Part shown: positions 18,496-28,682 of the stretch, in pieces
Numbering within the stretch: position 1 is the first letter of the stretch
How the letters are laid out: each line of letters opens with the position of its first letter
NCBI GenBank assembly: GCA_040905565.1
Contig: JBBDRF010000089.1
Span: forward strand, 1-48,985
Direction of reading: 5' to 3'
Source of the DNA: Phycisphaeraceae bacterium
GTDB lineage: Bacteria; Planctomycetota; Phycisphaerae; Phycisphaerales; Zrk34
Length of the DNA stretch: 48,985 bases
Made by a program: the position numbers and the translations under genes
Notes under the pieces: model-generated
What the model saw: only the letters and a program-made list of their open reading frames with translations
What the model was told of the DNA's origin: nothing
Databases searched by the model: none

Positions 18496-20301
18496 ATGCT
18501 TATGCCAAACACACGCCACACGTGCCTCTTGCTCGCCCTGCTGCTGATGATGCTGCCGATGGCGGCGGCGGAGGCCTCACCTCGTGAACGCCTGCAAGAG
18601 CGGTACGGCGAAGAGCTTCGCGACCCCGCCACGCAGCTGGATCCACGCGATCTGGCCGACCAGATGCTGCGCGATGCGAAGCGGCGGCTGCAGACGGACG
18701 ATGACGAATATGGCCGGTTGCTGCTGGAGGAGATCTACCAGTTGGCCGGCAATCGGCCCAGCGCTTACGACATCGCGCTCGAGGCGAACACGCTGATGGC
18801 GGAGCACGCGCCGTGGCGTCGGAACCAGGCGATGAGCCGATCCGCGTCGATCCTCCAGAGGATGCTCAGCAATCCGCGCGTCGAGAATGAAGCGGAGTTG
18901 AACCTGCAGCTGACCGAACTGCTGCTGGCGATCGCGGAGAACCACGAGGAAGACGGCTCGCTCCAGGCCGCCAAGGCCTTCTACACCCAGGCGAAACGGC
19001 AGGCGGAAAACGTGCGCGGCTTCTCGGTCGCGCCGATCGACGCGGGGCTGCGCCGCGTGAGCACCGCTGAACGGATCGCGTCGCTCAAACAGCGTCTGGC
19101 CGCCGACCGCACTGACGCCGAGGCCGCTGAGCAGCTGATGCGGCTGCACCTGATGGAGCAGGATAATCCGGAGGCGGCGTACCGGCTCCGCTTCAGCGTC
19201 AACGATGAGGAACTCAAGCGTATGGCGGCGCTGGCGAACCAGTCGCCTGAGCATCTGATGCCTGAGGAGAACCTGGAGTTGGGGGCTTTCTACTTATCGC
19301 TCTCCGACGACGCCTCGCCCGAAGCGGAGCGGAAGATGCTCGCGAAGGCGCACCTGTACTATCAGCAGTACGTCGACGGCGACCCGGCTGATGCAGGCAA
19401 AGCCCGGCAGGCGCGGCTGGCGCTCCGCCGTCTCGCGAACCAGATGGACGATCTGGGCATCGACGCGATGGAAGCGGAGCAGCCCGAAGCCGTGGCGACC
19501 ACGCCGAACGGTCAGCCTGCGGATCCGGACGGCGAGTCCGGGCCGATCAGCCGTCTGCAGGCAGCGATCGGCGGGCTGCTGAACAGTGCTCAGAACGGCG
19601 AAGCTTCCGCGCCCCAGCCAGATCCCGAAGGCGTTGAGCCGGCCGAGGAGATGGTCGAGGAAAGGCCCACGTCGCTGGCGGGCGCCGCCGATCGCGACAA
19701 TGCCGACGAGGACGGGGGCGACTGGGTCGATCTGCTGGCCGGGCTCGATACCAAAAAGCACGGCGTGCGCGGGGTGTGGTCGCTTGATGAGAACGCGGTC
19801 CGCGGCGCGCAGCCCACGCCCGCTCAACTCATCCTACCGATCGTGCCCGACGGCGACTACGTCTTCGAAACCAGCTTCACCCGGACCTCCGGCACGGGGG
19901 CCATCGCCCTGCACCTGCCGCTGAGCCGAAACTACCACGTTATGGTCAAGCTCGGCGAACGCCGACGCCGACAGCGCGATCACGTGGCCGGCTTCGAGAT
20001 GCTGGACAATCAGCCGGCCTTCGACAACGAATCGACCGTCGTGTTCGATCTGGAAACCGACCGCCGATACGACGTGCGGATCGAAGTGGTGACCGAAGGC
20101 ATCGAGGTCGACATCAAGATGATGGTCGACGACGAGACGCTGATCGAATGGCACGGCTTCCGGGCGGCACTTTCGATCGCTCCCATCTGGGAATCGATGG
20201 AGACACGCGCGTTCGGCCTGGGGCTCGACGGCGGCGCGGCAGCCACCTTCCACCACGCCCGCCTGAAGATGGTGTTCGGCTCACACGAACCACTTGAGTA
20301 A
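18496..20301 (+). CDS. Secreted hypothetical protein (helical N-region, acidic linker, beta-rich C-domain)
   Basis: Sec signal ending AAAEA; 601 aa with normal codon usage; the C-domain (WVDLL...GVWSL...PDGDYVFETSFTR) resembles beta-sandwich domains. Confidence 0.8.
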   Translation: MLMPNTRHTCLLLALLLMMLPMAAAEASPRERLQERYGEELRDPATQLDPRDLADQMLRDAKRRLQTDDDEYGRLLLEEIYQLAGNRPSAYDIALEANTLMAEHAPWRRNQAMSRSASILQRMLSNPRVENEAELNLQLTELLLAIAENHEEDGSLQAAKAFYTQAKRQAENVRGFSVAPIDAGLRRVSTAERIASLKQRLAADRTDAEAAEQLMRLHLMEQDNPEAAYRLRFSVNDEELKRMAALANQSPEHLMPEENLELGAFYLSLSDDASPEAERKMLAKAHLYYQQYVDGDPADAGKARQARLALRRLANQMDDLGIDAMEAEQPEAVATTPNGQPADPDGESGPISRLQAAIGGLLNSAQNGEASAPQPDPEGVEPAEEMVEERPTSLAGAADRDNADEDGGDWVDLLAGLDTKKHGVRGVWSLDENAVRGAQPTPAQLILPIVPDGDYVFETSFTRTSGTGAIALHLPLSRNYHVMVKLGERRRRQRDHVAGFEMLDNQPAFDNESTVVFDLETDRRYDVRIEVVTEGIEVDIKMMVDDETLIEWHGFRAALSIAPIWESMETRAFGLGLDGGAAATFHHARLKMVFGSHEPLE

Positions 20302-20387
20302 TGCGCCGCCGCCGAAGAGCGGGCTTGTTCTCAAGCGGTCGGCATCGCGAGTGAGCAGGTGCCCGGCGACGAGGCGCGCCGCTGGCA

Positions 20388-20561
20388 ACGAGCCGCGCAC
20401 GTCAGTAAGCGGTTGTGTGTCCGATCGCGACGCATGGTTACGACGCGTCGCAGTCTCACGACCAGTGCGGACAGACCCTACCGATAGCGCGGCAGTTCCA
20501 GTTCGTCCCACGTCTTCACAAGTCACTGGGCCACAACCGCTCCCTTACGGTCGCGGCTCGT
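20388..20561 (+). repeat. REP-doublet/MITE-like element, family B copy 1
   Basis: Left arm acgagccgcgcacgtcagtaagcggttgtg, right arm cacaaccgctcccttacggtcgcggctcgt (imperfect inverted pair). Confidence 0.9.
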
Positions 20562-20722
20562 ATTCAGGCCTGTGTTCACGATCTGTCGTACACCCGCCCA
20601 CCGGGCGAGACTTGCCAGCACCGAGGATTGTCACGATAATCTTTGGCTGCACTTAATTGAAATTTCCCGAATCGGCGACGCGGGGATGCGCCGATCAAAC
20701 GACCTTTGAAGAAAGTAAGACC

Positions 20723-22693
20723 ATGTTCAGTCAGAGCGTACACGCCAAAGCCATTGAGCTGATCAAAGTTTCCATCGAGATGACCACGGCTGCCGGGTCG
20801 GGGCATCCCACCTCCGCTGCTTCGCTGGCGCATCTGACGACCGCGCTGATGTACGGGCACATGAGGCACGACCCGGCGAACCCGGGACACCGTGCTTCCG
20901 ATCGGCTGGTGCTTTCGGAAGGCCACGCGGTGCCGATCGTCTATGCCGCGGCTGCGGATCTGGGCATCCGCATCGGCAAGGACCCCAACAACCTCCGGCC
21001 GATGACGCGCGAAGATGCGATGCAACTGCGTGCGATCGACAGCGAAGTCGATGGCCATCCCAACCCCGTCGAAGGCTTCCCCTTCTTCGATGCGGCGACC
21101 GGTTCGCTGGGCCAGGGGCTTTCGATCGCAGCGGGTCTGGCGGGGGCCGCTCGACTTGACGGGCTTGATAAGCGCATCTTCTGCATCATCGGTGACGGCG
21201 AATCACGCGAAGGGCAGATCTGGGAAGCGATGGAGTTCATCGTCGACCACAAGCTCTCCGCGGTGTGCCCGATCTTCAACTGCAACGCTTATGCACAGTC
21301 GGACAAGGTTTCGCCGCTGCAGAGTGCGGCCGGCACCGTGGCGAAGCTGAAGGCGCTCGGCGTGGAAGTGTGCGAGATCGACGGGCACGACCCGGACCAG
21401 ATCCGCGAAGCTTTGAACAACCACGCCCAGTTCGCCCTTGAGGAAAACGCTGGGGCGTTCGCGATCGTGGCGAAGACGGTCAAGGGCTGGGGTGCGGTTT
21501 CGATGCAGGGCCACGGCCATCACGGCGCGCCGATCAAGAAGGACGACTTCGAGAAGACGTTCGCCGAGCTCGACGCGACGGGCAAGGAGCACAACGCGGA
21601 GTGGCACGAGGGCGAGCTGGAGATTCAGCCGATCCTGACGCCCGAGCCCGAGGCTCACATGGTGACGCAGGCGCCGAGCTTCAGCGATGCGATGAAGCAG
21701 TTCGGGCAGGAAGCGGTGCTCGAGAAGGGCAAGTGGGCGACCCGCCGTGCGTACGGCGTGGCGCTGCGGGCGATCGGCCATGCGAACCCGAACGTGGTGG
21801 CGCTCGATGCGGACGTGAAGAACTCGACCTTTGCGATCGACTTCTTCAAGGACCCGGACCTGACCGAGCGGTACTTTGAATGCCGGATCGCTGAGCAGAA
21901 CATGGTTTCGACGGCGGCGGGGCTTTCCGCAGGCGGGAAGATCCCGTTCGCTTCGACCTTTGCCAAGTTCGTGACGCGTGCTTACGACCAGGTGGAGATG
22001 GCGATCAACAGCGGGGCGAACTTCAAGATTGTCGGGTCGCATGCTGGCGTTTCGCTGGCGGCGGACGGGCCTTCACAGATGTCGCTGCCGGACATCGCCT
22101 GGTTCCGGGCGTTTTCGCAGGTGAAGCTGCCAGACGGTCGGCCGGCGATGTACCTGCTCCAGCCCGCATGTGCCTATGCAGCTTATGCGTTGACGCTGGC
22201 GATGGCGGAGCACGACGGGCCGGCGTACATGCGGACGCTGCGGCCGGACCTTGAGTTCCTCTACGATGACAAGACGAAGTTCACGCTCGGCGGGCACGAG
22301 GTGCTGACCGAGGGTAAGGATCTGCTGATTCTGGCGTCGGGCTACATGGTGCACGAGGCGAACAAGGCGCTGGACGCTTTGGAGACGGCGGGGATCGACG
22401 CGACGCTGGTCGATCTTTACTCGCTGCCGTTCGATCATGCCGCGATCGCCGACCTGGCTGCGGAAAACAACAACAACGTGCTGACGCTCGAGGATAATTA
22501 CACGTCGGGCTTCGGGTCAGCCGTGGCCGACGCGCTGGCTGAGCGTGATACGCCGTTCCGCTTGCGTCAGATGTTCGTGCGCAAGGTGCCCAAGTCCGGC
22601 CGCACGCCTGACGAGGTGATGCACTACCTCGGCCTGCACGCGGACGACATCATCCGCACAGCGACGACGATGATGGAAACCGCCTCGAACTGA
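20723..22693 (+). CDS. tkt: Transketolase
   Basis: GSGHPTS, ATGSLGQGLS, ThDP motif GDGESREGQIWEA, ECRIAEQNMV, GSHAGVSLAADGPSQM. Confidence 0.95.
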   Translation: MFSQSVHAKAIELIKVSIEMTTAAGSGHPTSAASLAHLTTALMYGHMRHDPANPGHRASDRLVLSEGHAVPIVYAAAADLGIRIGKDPNNLRPMTREDAMQLRAIDSEVDGHPNPVEGFPFFDAATGSLGQGLSIAAGLAGAARLDGLDKRIFCIIGDGESREGQIWEAMEFIVDHKLSAVCPIFNCNAYAQSDKVSPLQSAAGTVAKLKALGVEVCEIDGHDPDQIREALNNHAQFALEENAGAFAIVAKTVKGWGAVSMQGHGHHGAPIKKDDFEKTFAELDATGKEHNAEWHEGELEIQPILTPEPEAHMVTQAPSFSDAMKQFGQEAVLEKGKWATRRAYGVALRAIGHANPNVVALDADVKNSTFAIDFFKDPDLTERYFECRIAEQNMVSTAAGLSAGGKIPFASTFAKFVTRAYDQVEMAINSGANFKIVGSHAGVSLAADGPSQMSLPDIAWFRAFSQVKLPDGRPAMYLLQPACAYAAYALTLAMAEHDGPAYMRTLRPDLEFLYDDKTKFTLGGHEVLTEGKDLLILASGYMVHEANKALDALETAGIDATLVDLYSLPFDHAAIADLAAENNNNVLTLEDNYTSGFGSAVADALAERDTPFRLRQMFVRKVPKSGRTPDEVMHYLGLHADDIIRTATTMMETASN

Positions 22694-22719
22694 CCCCCCA
22701 CCACCATTTTCAAATCTGT

Positions 22720-22753
22720 GAAGCGGACGGTCTTTGGCCGTCCGCTTCTTTTT
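22720..22753 (+). terminator. Rho-independent terminator of tkt
   Basis: gaagcggacggtc-ttt-ggccgtccgcttc followed by TTTTT. Confidence 0.85.
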
Positions 22754-22817
22754 GCGCTGCGTTTGGAGTTCATGGGGGACCGGGTTGGGGGCAGCCCGGC
22801 TCTTTTGTGCGCGCGTT

Positions 22818-22843
22818 AAAAAAACCCGGGTGAATCCCGGGCT
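22818..22843 (-). terminator. Rho-independent terminator of the flagellar cluster (after fliA)
   Basis: Minus strand agcccggg-attca-cccgggtt followed by a T-run. Confidence 0.8.
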
Positions 22844-22868
22844 TCAGGTGGGGCACGTTGGCAGGGGA

Positions 22869-23687
22869 TTATTCTTGTTGTTGTTCGTGCTCGAATTCCT
22901 GCTCGCGGTGCTGCATCTGGGCTTTGAGGCGAGCGAGGATGGACGAGTGCATCTGCGAGACGCGGGATTCGGAAAGGTCGAGCGTCTGGCCGATCTCCTT
23001 CATCGTCATTTCCTCGTAGTAATAGAGGACGACGATGAGGCGTTCGGCCCGGCTGAGGCCCTTGGTGATCAGGTCCTTCAGGTCGCGCTTCTGCACGGCG
23101 GCGAGCGGGTTGATCTGCCGTTCGTCCTTGAGGACATCGACTTCGCGGACGTCTTTGTTGGAGTCGGTCTCGTACCACTTGCGGTTCAGCGAGACGACGC
23201 CGGTCGGCCCGGAGTCTTTGGCGAGTTTGTTGTACTCGGTCATCGAAACGCCGAGTTCGTCGGCGACTTCCTGCGCGGTGGGTGGCCGACCGAAGCCCAT
23301 GGCCAGACGCTTGCGGGCCCCCTCGACCTTGCCGGTGCGTGAGCGGACGAGGCGGGGGACCCAGTCCATGGCGCGCAGTTCGTCGAGGATGGCGCCGCGG
23401 ATGCGTGGGGCGCAGTAGGTTTCGAACTTGACCTTGCGTTCGAGATCGAACGAGTCGATCGCGTCCATGAGCCCGAAGATGCCGGCCTGGCGGAGGTCTT
23501 CAACGTCGACTTCGTCGGGAAGCTTGTTATGGATCCGCTCGGCGTTGTAGCGCACGAGTGGAAGGTATTTTTCGAGGAAAAAGTTACGCAACTCACCACT
23601 GCCGGTGCGGCGGTATTCGAGCCAAACTTCCTGGATGGGACGTTCGCCTAGTGGGACTTGGGTGGTGGCTGCTTTACGCTTGGCCAT
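22869..23687 (-). CDS. fliA: RNA polymerase sigma factor FliA/WhiG (sigma28)
   Basis: KFETYCAPRIRGAILDELRAMDWVPR, LYYYEEMTMKEIGQTLDLSESRVSQMHS. Confidence 0.96.
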   Translation of the reverse strand: MAKRKAATTQVPLGERPIQEVWLEYRRTGSGELRNFFLEKYLPLVRYNAERIHNKLPDEVDVEDLRQAGIFGLMDAIDSFDLERKVKFETYCAPRIRGAILDELRAMDWVPRLVRSRTGKVEGARKRLAMGFGRPPTAQEVADELGVSMTEYNKLAKDSGPTGVVSLNRKWYETDSNKDVREVDVLKDERQINPLAAVQKRDLKDLITKGLSRAERLIVVLYYYEEMTMKEIGQTLDLSESRVSQMHSSILARLKAQMQHREQEFEHEQQQE

Positions 23688-23751
23688 GGTCTGCTCCTTG
23701 ACCTTGACGACTTCCCTGTCGTGCGTTTTGCGGGCTAAAAGTACGCGTTAT

Positions 23752-24105
23752 CTAGGCGGCGGCCTTTGACGAAGTGGACGACGTGGTCCGATCGGCAGCC
23801 GCGGACGCGGACGATTGACTCTGCTCCGAAGGGTCGGATGATGAAGAAGCGAGAGCATCTTGAGGAGTGGCCGATTCGTCGTCAGCCGGCTCCAGCGGAT
23901 GCGCCCGCTTGTACCGTTGGATCTGGTCTTGCAGGGCGCGAAATGCCATCGCCCCGATCACAAGCCCCGCGAGATAGCAGCCGACCATCGCGATGAGCGC
24001 TCGGTAGAGGATCACCCCCGCCGCGTGGTCGGCGATGATTCCGGTGAGCACCGCCGTCGCAAAAGCGATCAGCGCGAAACTGGTAGCGATTAGTCGAGTC
24101 GGCAT
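23752..24105 (-). CDS. Hypothetical two-TM membrane protein in the flagellar cluster
   Basis: Two hydrophobic helices and a Ser-rich tail; co-oriented between flhG and fliA. Confidence 0.75.
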   Translation of the reverse strand: MPTRLIATSFALIAFATAVLTGIIADHAAGVILYRALIAMVGCYLAGLVIGAMAFRALQDQIQRYKRAHPLEPADDESATPQDALASSSSDPSEQSQSSASAAADRTTSSTSSKAAA

Positions 24106-24200
24106 GAGCCGCAGCGCTCCATCGCCAGGTGGCCCGAAAAGGATTCAGCGATCCATCGCCGAATCTGTCCCCTGCTATAACACGGACCCGATTATACACA

Positions 24201-25103
24201 TCATCTGCCTAACCACGATGCCATATTCCGAAAAAATCCACGGCCTCGCGGCTCGGCAGCATGACGATCCAATTTATGCGCTAACTGACCGATGCACAAG
24301 CTGGCCGGCGCATCCGGCGTATCAATGATAAACGGCGTGCGGCGGCGGACGCCCTGCGGCACCCGCGCATCGCTGACCACGTGGCCGGCGTCGGAGAGCG
24401 TCATGTTCAAAAACCGCTTGCAGACAGCGTTAATCCGCTCATAGACCTGCCGACCCTCGGCACGATCACGCACCATGTTCACGAGCAAACTGACGGGGAT
24501 ATTCTCACGCTGGCGGGCGACGGCTTTGATCAGCGCGTAGGCGTCGGTGATGGACGTCGGCTCGGGCGTGGTGACGACGAGCAGCTCATCGGCAGCGAGC
24601 AGGAAGCTGAGCACGTTGGGGCCGATGCCTGCGCCGGTGTCGATGATGACCAGATCGTGATTCGTGGCGAGGTCGCGCATCATCGCCATGAGCCGACGGC
24701 GTTCATCCGGGGCGAGATTGGCCATCTGGGCGAGGCCCGAGGCGCCGGGGACGAGCGTGAAGCCGCCCGGCGCTTCCACCATGGCCTGATCGATGTTCTT
24801 GCGACCGGCGATGACGTGGGCGAGGTTGGCGCGGATGGACAGGTTGAGCAGGACGTCGGCGTTGGCGAGGCCGAGGTCGGCATCGAGGAGGACGACGCGG
24901 CGGCCCATGGTGGCGAGGCGAACGGCGAGGTTGACGGAGAGGTTGGTTTTGCCGACGCCGCCTTTGCCGCTGGTGACGGCCATGATGCGGGCACGGGGAC
25001 CGGCAGCGGCGGCGGGCTCATCGTGGGAGGAGGCACCGCTCGTGTCGCTCATGCCTTGCATGAGCTTGCGTAGTTCGCTGGCCTGGTCCTGGTAGGTGGC
25101 CAT
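24201..25103 (-). CDS. flhG: MinD/ParA-family flagellar number regulator FlhG
   Basis: TSGKGGVGKT, DADLGLAN, DTGAGI, TPEPTSITDAYALIK; follows flhF. Confidence 0.93.
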   Translation of the reverse strand: MATYQDQASELRKLMQGMSDTSGASSHDEPAAAAGPRARIMAVTSGKGGVGKTNLSVNLAVRLATMGRRVVLLDADLGLANADVLLNLSIRANLAHVIAGRKNIDQAMVEAPGGFTLVPGASGLAQMANLAPDERRRLMAMMRDLATNHDLVIIDTGAGIGPNVLSFLLAADELLVVTTPEPTSITDAYALIKAVARQRENIPVSLLVNMVRDRAEGRQVYERINAVCKRFLNMTLSDAGHVVSDARVPQGVRRRTPFIIDTPDAPASLCIGQLAHKLDRHAAEPRGRGFFRNMASWLGR

Positions 25104-25109
25104 GGGAGT

Positions 25110-26411
25110 TTACACCCGTTCTCCGAGTATGAGTCCCGCGAGCCTGGCCGAGGAGCCGGGCTCGATCTGGTGGGGCACTTCCTGCCCTGTGGTGACATAG
25201 CTTAACTGTTTGTTGACCCGGCGGACAACGTTCAACAGCACGCCGAAGTTCACTGCCTCGTCGAGTTTCGTGAAGATGACGCGGTCGACCTGCAGTTGCG
25301 TGAAGCGTTCGACGGCTTCCATGAGCACCCGCTGGGAGCAGGTGGAGCTGAGGACGAGGTGCACTTCGTGCGGGTGGGCGACATCGATGAAGCGCTGAAG
25401 ATCGAGGAGTTTGTCGTCGTCGCGCTGGCTTCGGCCGGCTGTGTCGATGAGGACGACGTCGCAATCCTGGCAGCGGGCGAGGGCGTCGCCGAGGTCTTCG
25501 GGGCTGAGCACGGTGTGCAGGGGAACCTTGATGATCTCGGCGTAAGTCTTGAGCTGTTCGACGGCGGCGATGCGGTAGGTGTCGATGGTGATCATCGCGA
25601 CCTTCTTCTTCTGACGCAGCTTGAGCGTGGCGGCGAGCTTGGCGAGGGTGGTCGTTTTGCCGACGCCGGTGGGCCCGATGAGGGCGATGGTCAACGGCCG
25701 ACCATCTTTGGGCCGCGCACGCGTGCTCGGCTCGGCATCAACAGGAATCAGATCGGCGACCTGCTTGCTGATTGCTTCACGCACGACCTTCTCGTCATCA
25801 ATCTGCTCAGCAGGCACGGCTTTGAGCACCTTCTGCACGATCTCCTCAGCTAACTCCTCCGCGACGTCCTGCTCGATCAGTGTGAGGTACTCGTTGAACA
25901 GCTTCTCCGGCAGGCTCGTCGCATGCTCGCGCGACTGCTTACGCATCATGCGATCCACCATCGCACGAATCTGCCTAATCTCCCCCCCCACCCCCCCCTC
26001 ACCGTTCCCGTTGAGAGTCTGGCGCGGGGCATGGGTTTCGTTCAGCGTGTGGGCGTCTGTGGCGACGGCGTGGGGGTCGGCGAGCGTGGTGTTGCTGGGC
26101 GATACGGAGGCGGCGGCGGAAGCCAGCGCGCGTGAGTTGCTGGCTTTGTAGGTCTGGTTGAGCAGGTTGCCGATTTTCTGTTTGGAGCCGAGCGCGGAGG
26201 TGCTGGGAGCGGGAGTTCTGCGGAGGGTGCGCGCGGGGACGTTGACGTCATCGGAGGCGGTGATCTCGACAACCTGTCGGGCACCGAGGCCCATGATGCC
26301 ACCGCGTTTGAACGTGCGCGTGTGCAGGATGACCGCGGAGCTACCGAGCTCCTGCTTCACCTGCTTCAGCGCGGCGGCCATGGTTTCGGCCTGGAACGTT
26401 CGCAACTTCAA
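25110..26411 (-). CDS. flhF: Flagellar SRP-like GTPase FlhF
   Basis: GPTGVGKTTTLAKLAA, DTYRIAAVEQL, DTAGRS, TKLDE, TTGQEVP. Confidence 0.95.
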   Translation of the reverse strand: MKLRTFQAETMAAALKQVKQELGSSAVILHTRTFKRGGIMGLGARQVVEITASDDVNVPARTLRRTPAPSTSALGSKQKIGNLLNQTYKASNSRALASAAASVSPSNTTLADPHAVATDAHTLNETHAPRQTLNGNGEGGVGGEIRQIRAMVDRMMRKQSREHATSLPEKLFNEYLTLIEQDVAEELAEEIVQKVLKAVPAEQIDDEKVVREAISKQVADLIPVDAEPSTRARPKDGRPLTIALIGPTGVGKTTTLAKLAATLKLRQKKKVAMITIDTYRIAAVEQLKTYAEIIKVPLHTVLSPEDLGDALARCQDCDVVLIDTAGRSQRDDDKLLDLQRFIDVAHPHEVHLVLSSTCSQRVLMEAVERFTQLQVDRVIFTKLDEAVNFGVLLNVVRRVNKQLSYVTTGQEVPHQIEPGSSARLAGLILGERV

Positions 26412-28585
26412 TTCACGGTCCCCTGTAAGCGATTCGTGTCCGGAGCGGTGCCGTCACGCGGCGGGCTCAGATCTACCTGCACTAATCCGAGCGACTCAAC
26501 TTCGACGCCCTTGGAGACTTCGTTATACCCCATAACGGCGACGTTGTTGAGGTGCGGCTCGATCAAACTTCGCACCTGGGCTCGAACCTGAGGCGAAGCG
26601 AGCACCACGGGGTGATGCCCCGCGCCGATCAGGGCCTGCAGCTGCTGCAGAATCGCGGTGGTGATGCGGTTGGCAACGGTCGGCGGCATGGTCATTGTCG
26701 TGCCTGCTGGGCCGCGGTCAATGTAGCCGTTGATGAGGTCTTCCAGCCCGGGGTCGAGCGTGACGCAGAACAGTCGGCCGACGCCAATTTCGAGGTCGGT
26801 CTGGACGTATTGATTGCAGATGGTGCGTCGCAGAGCGTTGCGGACGTACTCGGTGAGGACGTCAAGATCCTTGGTGCGCGGGGCCCAGTCGCTGAGCGTT
26901 TCGAGGATGGTTTCCAGGTCACGGATCGGTACGCGCTCACGCAGCAGGTTCTGGAGCACTTTCTGGAGGTCGCCTGGTTTGATCTGCTCGCCGACGACTT
27001 CTTCGATGAGCTTGGGCGATTTCTCTTTGAGCTGTTCGATGAGGTTGTTGGTTTCCTCACGCGTGAGCAGTTCGGCGGCGTGGGTTTTGACGACCTCGGT
27101 GAGATGCGTGGCGAGCACGCTTGAAGCGTCGACCACGGTGTAGTTGAGCGTTTCGGCGCGCTGCTTCTGGCCCTGATCGATCCACCATGCGTCGAGGCCG
27201 AAGGCGGGTTCGCGGGTCTTGAGGCCGTCGAGGGAACCTTCTGCGACGCCGCTGTCCATGGCGAGGAATTTGCCGGGGTGCAGCGTGCCGTGGGCGACGG
27301 AGTTGTTGCGAATTTTGACGTGATACTCGTGAGGCGGCCTTTGCATGTTGTCGCGGATGCGCACGGGGGGCACGACGAGGCCGAGTTCAACGGCGAGCTG
27401 TCGGCGGATCATGCTGATGCGGTCGAGCAGGTCGCCGCCTTGCTTGGCATCGACGAGGCGGACGAGCGAGTAGCCGATCTCCAGTTCCATGGTGTCGATG
27501 TTCAGCAGTTTTTCGACGGGCGGGGGGCCGGCTTCTTTTTTGTCCTGGGCGACTTTTTCGGCCTTGGCGTTTTCCTGCTTGTCGGTTTCGGTGCGGTTGA
27601 GGAAGAAGGCGGTGGTGCCGACGCCTGCGCCGATGAACAGAAGCGGGATGGCGGGCAGGCCTGTGAAGGCGAGCAGGCCGAGGAAGCCTGCTGTGATGAA
27701 CAGCGCGACGGGCTGGGCGGTGAGTTGGGCGGTGAGTTCCGTGCCCAGGTCTTTGCTGGAGCTTGAGCGGGTGACGATGAGGCCGGCTGCGATGGCGATG
27801 ATGAACGAGGGGATTTGCGAGACGAGCCCGTCGCCGATGGTCAGGCGCGTGAAAGCGGCCATCGTTTCGCCGGCGGGCCAGCCTTTTTCGAACACGCCGA
27901 TCGCGAAGCCGCCGACGATGTTGATCAGCGTGATGACGATGCCTGCGACGGCGTCGCCTCGGACGAATTTACTGGCACCATCCATGGCCCCGTAGAAGTC
28001 GGCTTCGCGGGTGATTTCTTCGCGCTGGCGTCGGGCTTGGTGTTCGTCGATGGCGCCGGCGTTGAGGTCGGCGTCGATGGCCATCTGTTTGCCGGGCATG
28101 CCGTCGAGCGTGAAGCGGGCGGCGACTTCACTGATGCGCGTCGAGCCTTTGGTGATGACGACGAACTGCACGACGATGAGAATGATGAAGATAATCATGC
28201 CGACGACGACGGAGCCGCCTGCGACGAAATCGCTGAACGTCTGGATCACCTGCCCCGCGACGCCGGTGACATCTTCAGGGCGATCGGCATCGGCGGAGAG
28301 AATCAGACGGGTGGAGGCGACGTTGAGCACGAGCCGAAACAGCGTGGTCGCCAGCAGCAGCGAGGGGAAGACGGAGAATTCCAGCGGGCTGAGCACGTAA
28401 AGCGTGGTGAGCAGGATGACCGCTGAGAGCGACAGGTTCATCACCAGCAGCACGTCCATCGCCAGCGCGGGCAGCGGGACGATGATGACGCCGAGCAGCG
28501 AGATGATGCCGATCGGCACGGCCAGTTTGATGTAGCGCATCATGAACTGGATCCACACCGGCTGCTGGAGGGGCGAGGGACTCAT
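26408..28585 (-). CDS. flhA: Flagellar export protein FlhA
   Basis: FSVFPSLLLATTLFRL, EVAARFTLDGMPGKQMAIDADL, FYGAMDGASKFVRGDA; GGAGG RBS before ATG 28585. Confidence 0.97.
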   Translation of the reverse strand: MSPSPLQQPVWIQFMMRYIKLAVPIGIISLLGVIIVPLPALAMDVLLVMNLSLSAVILLTTLYVLSPLEFSVFPSLLLATTLFRLVLNVASTRLILSADADRPEDVTGVAGQVIQTFSDFVAGGSVVVGMIIFIILIVVQFVVITKGSTRISEVAARFTLDGMPGKQMAIDADLNAGAIDEHQARRQREEITREADFYGAMDGASKFVRGDAVAGIVITLINIVGGFAIGVFEKGWPAGETMAAFTRLTIGDGLVSQIPSFIIAIAAGLIVTRSSSSKDLGTELTAQLTAQPVALFITAGFLGLLAFTGLPAIPLLFIGAGVGTTAFFLNRTETDKQENAKAEKVAQDKKEAGPPPVEKLLNIDTMELEIGYSLVRLVDAKQGGDLLDRISMIRRQLAVELGLVVPPVRIRDNMQRPPHEYHVKIRNNSVAHGTLHPGKFLAMDSGVAEGSLDGLKTREPAFGLDAWWIDQGQKQRAETLNYTVVDASSVLATHLTEVVKTHAAELLTREETNNLIEQLKEKSPKLIEEVVGEQIKPGDLQKVLQNLLRERVPIRDLETILETLSDWAPRTKDLDVLTEYVRNALRRTICNQYVQTDLEIGVGRLFCVTLDPGLEDLINGYIDRGPAGTTMTMPPTVANRITTAILQQLQALIGAGHHPVVLASPQVRAQVRSLIEPHLNNVAVMGYNEVSKGVEVESLGLVQVDLSPPRDGTAPDTNRLQGTVN

Positions 28586-28682
28586 GGCGTGCCTCCGGCA
28601 GTGCCTTCGCGAGCGGGAAGCGTGAGCGACCGTCCGGCAAATTGATACAAATGCCATTGCAGCGCAATCATGGTGACGTTGC

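Noticed and set aside
20669..20697. Hairpin (atcggcg...cgccgat) upstream of tkt as a riboswitch
   Set aside because: A single short stem without recognisable TPP or other aptamer consensus.
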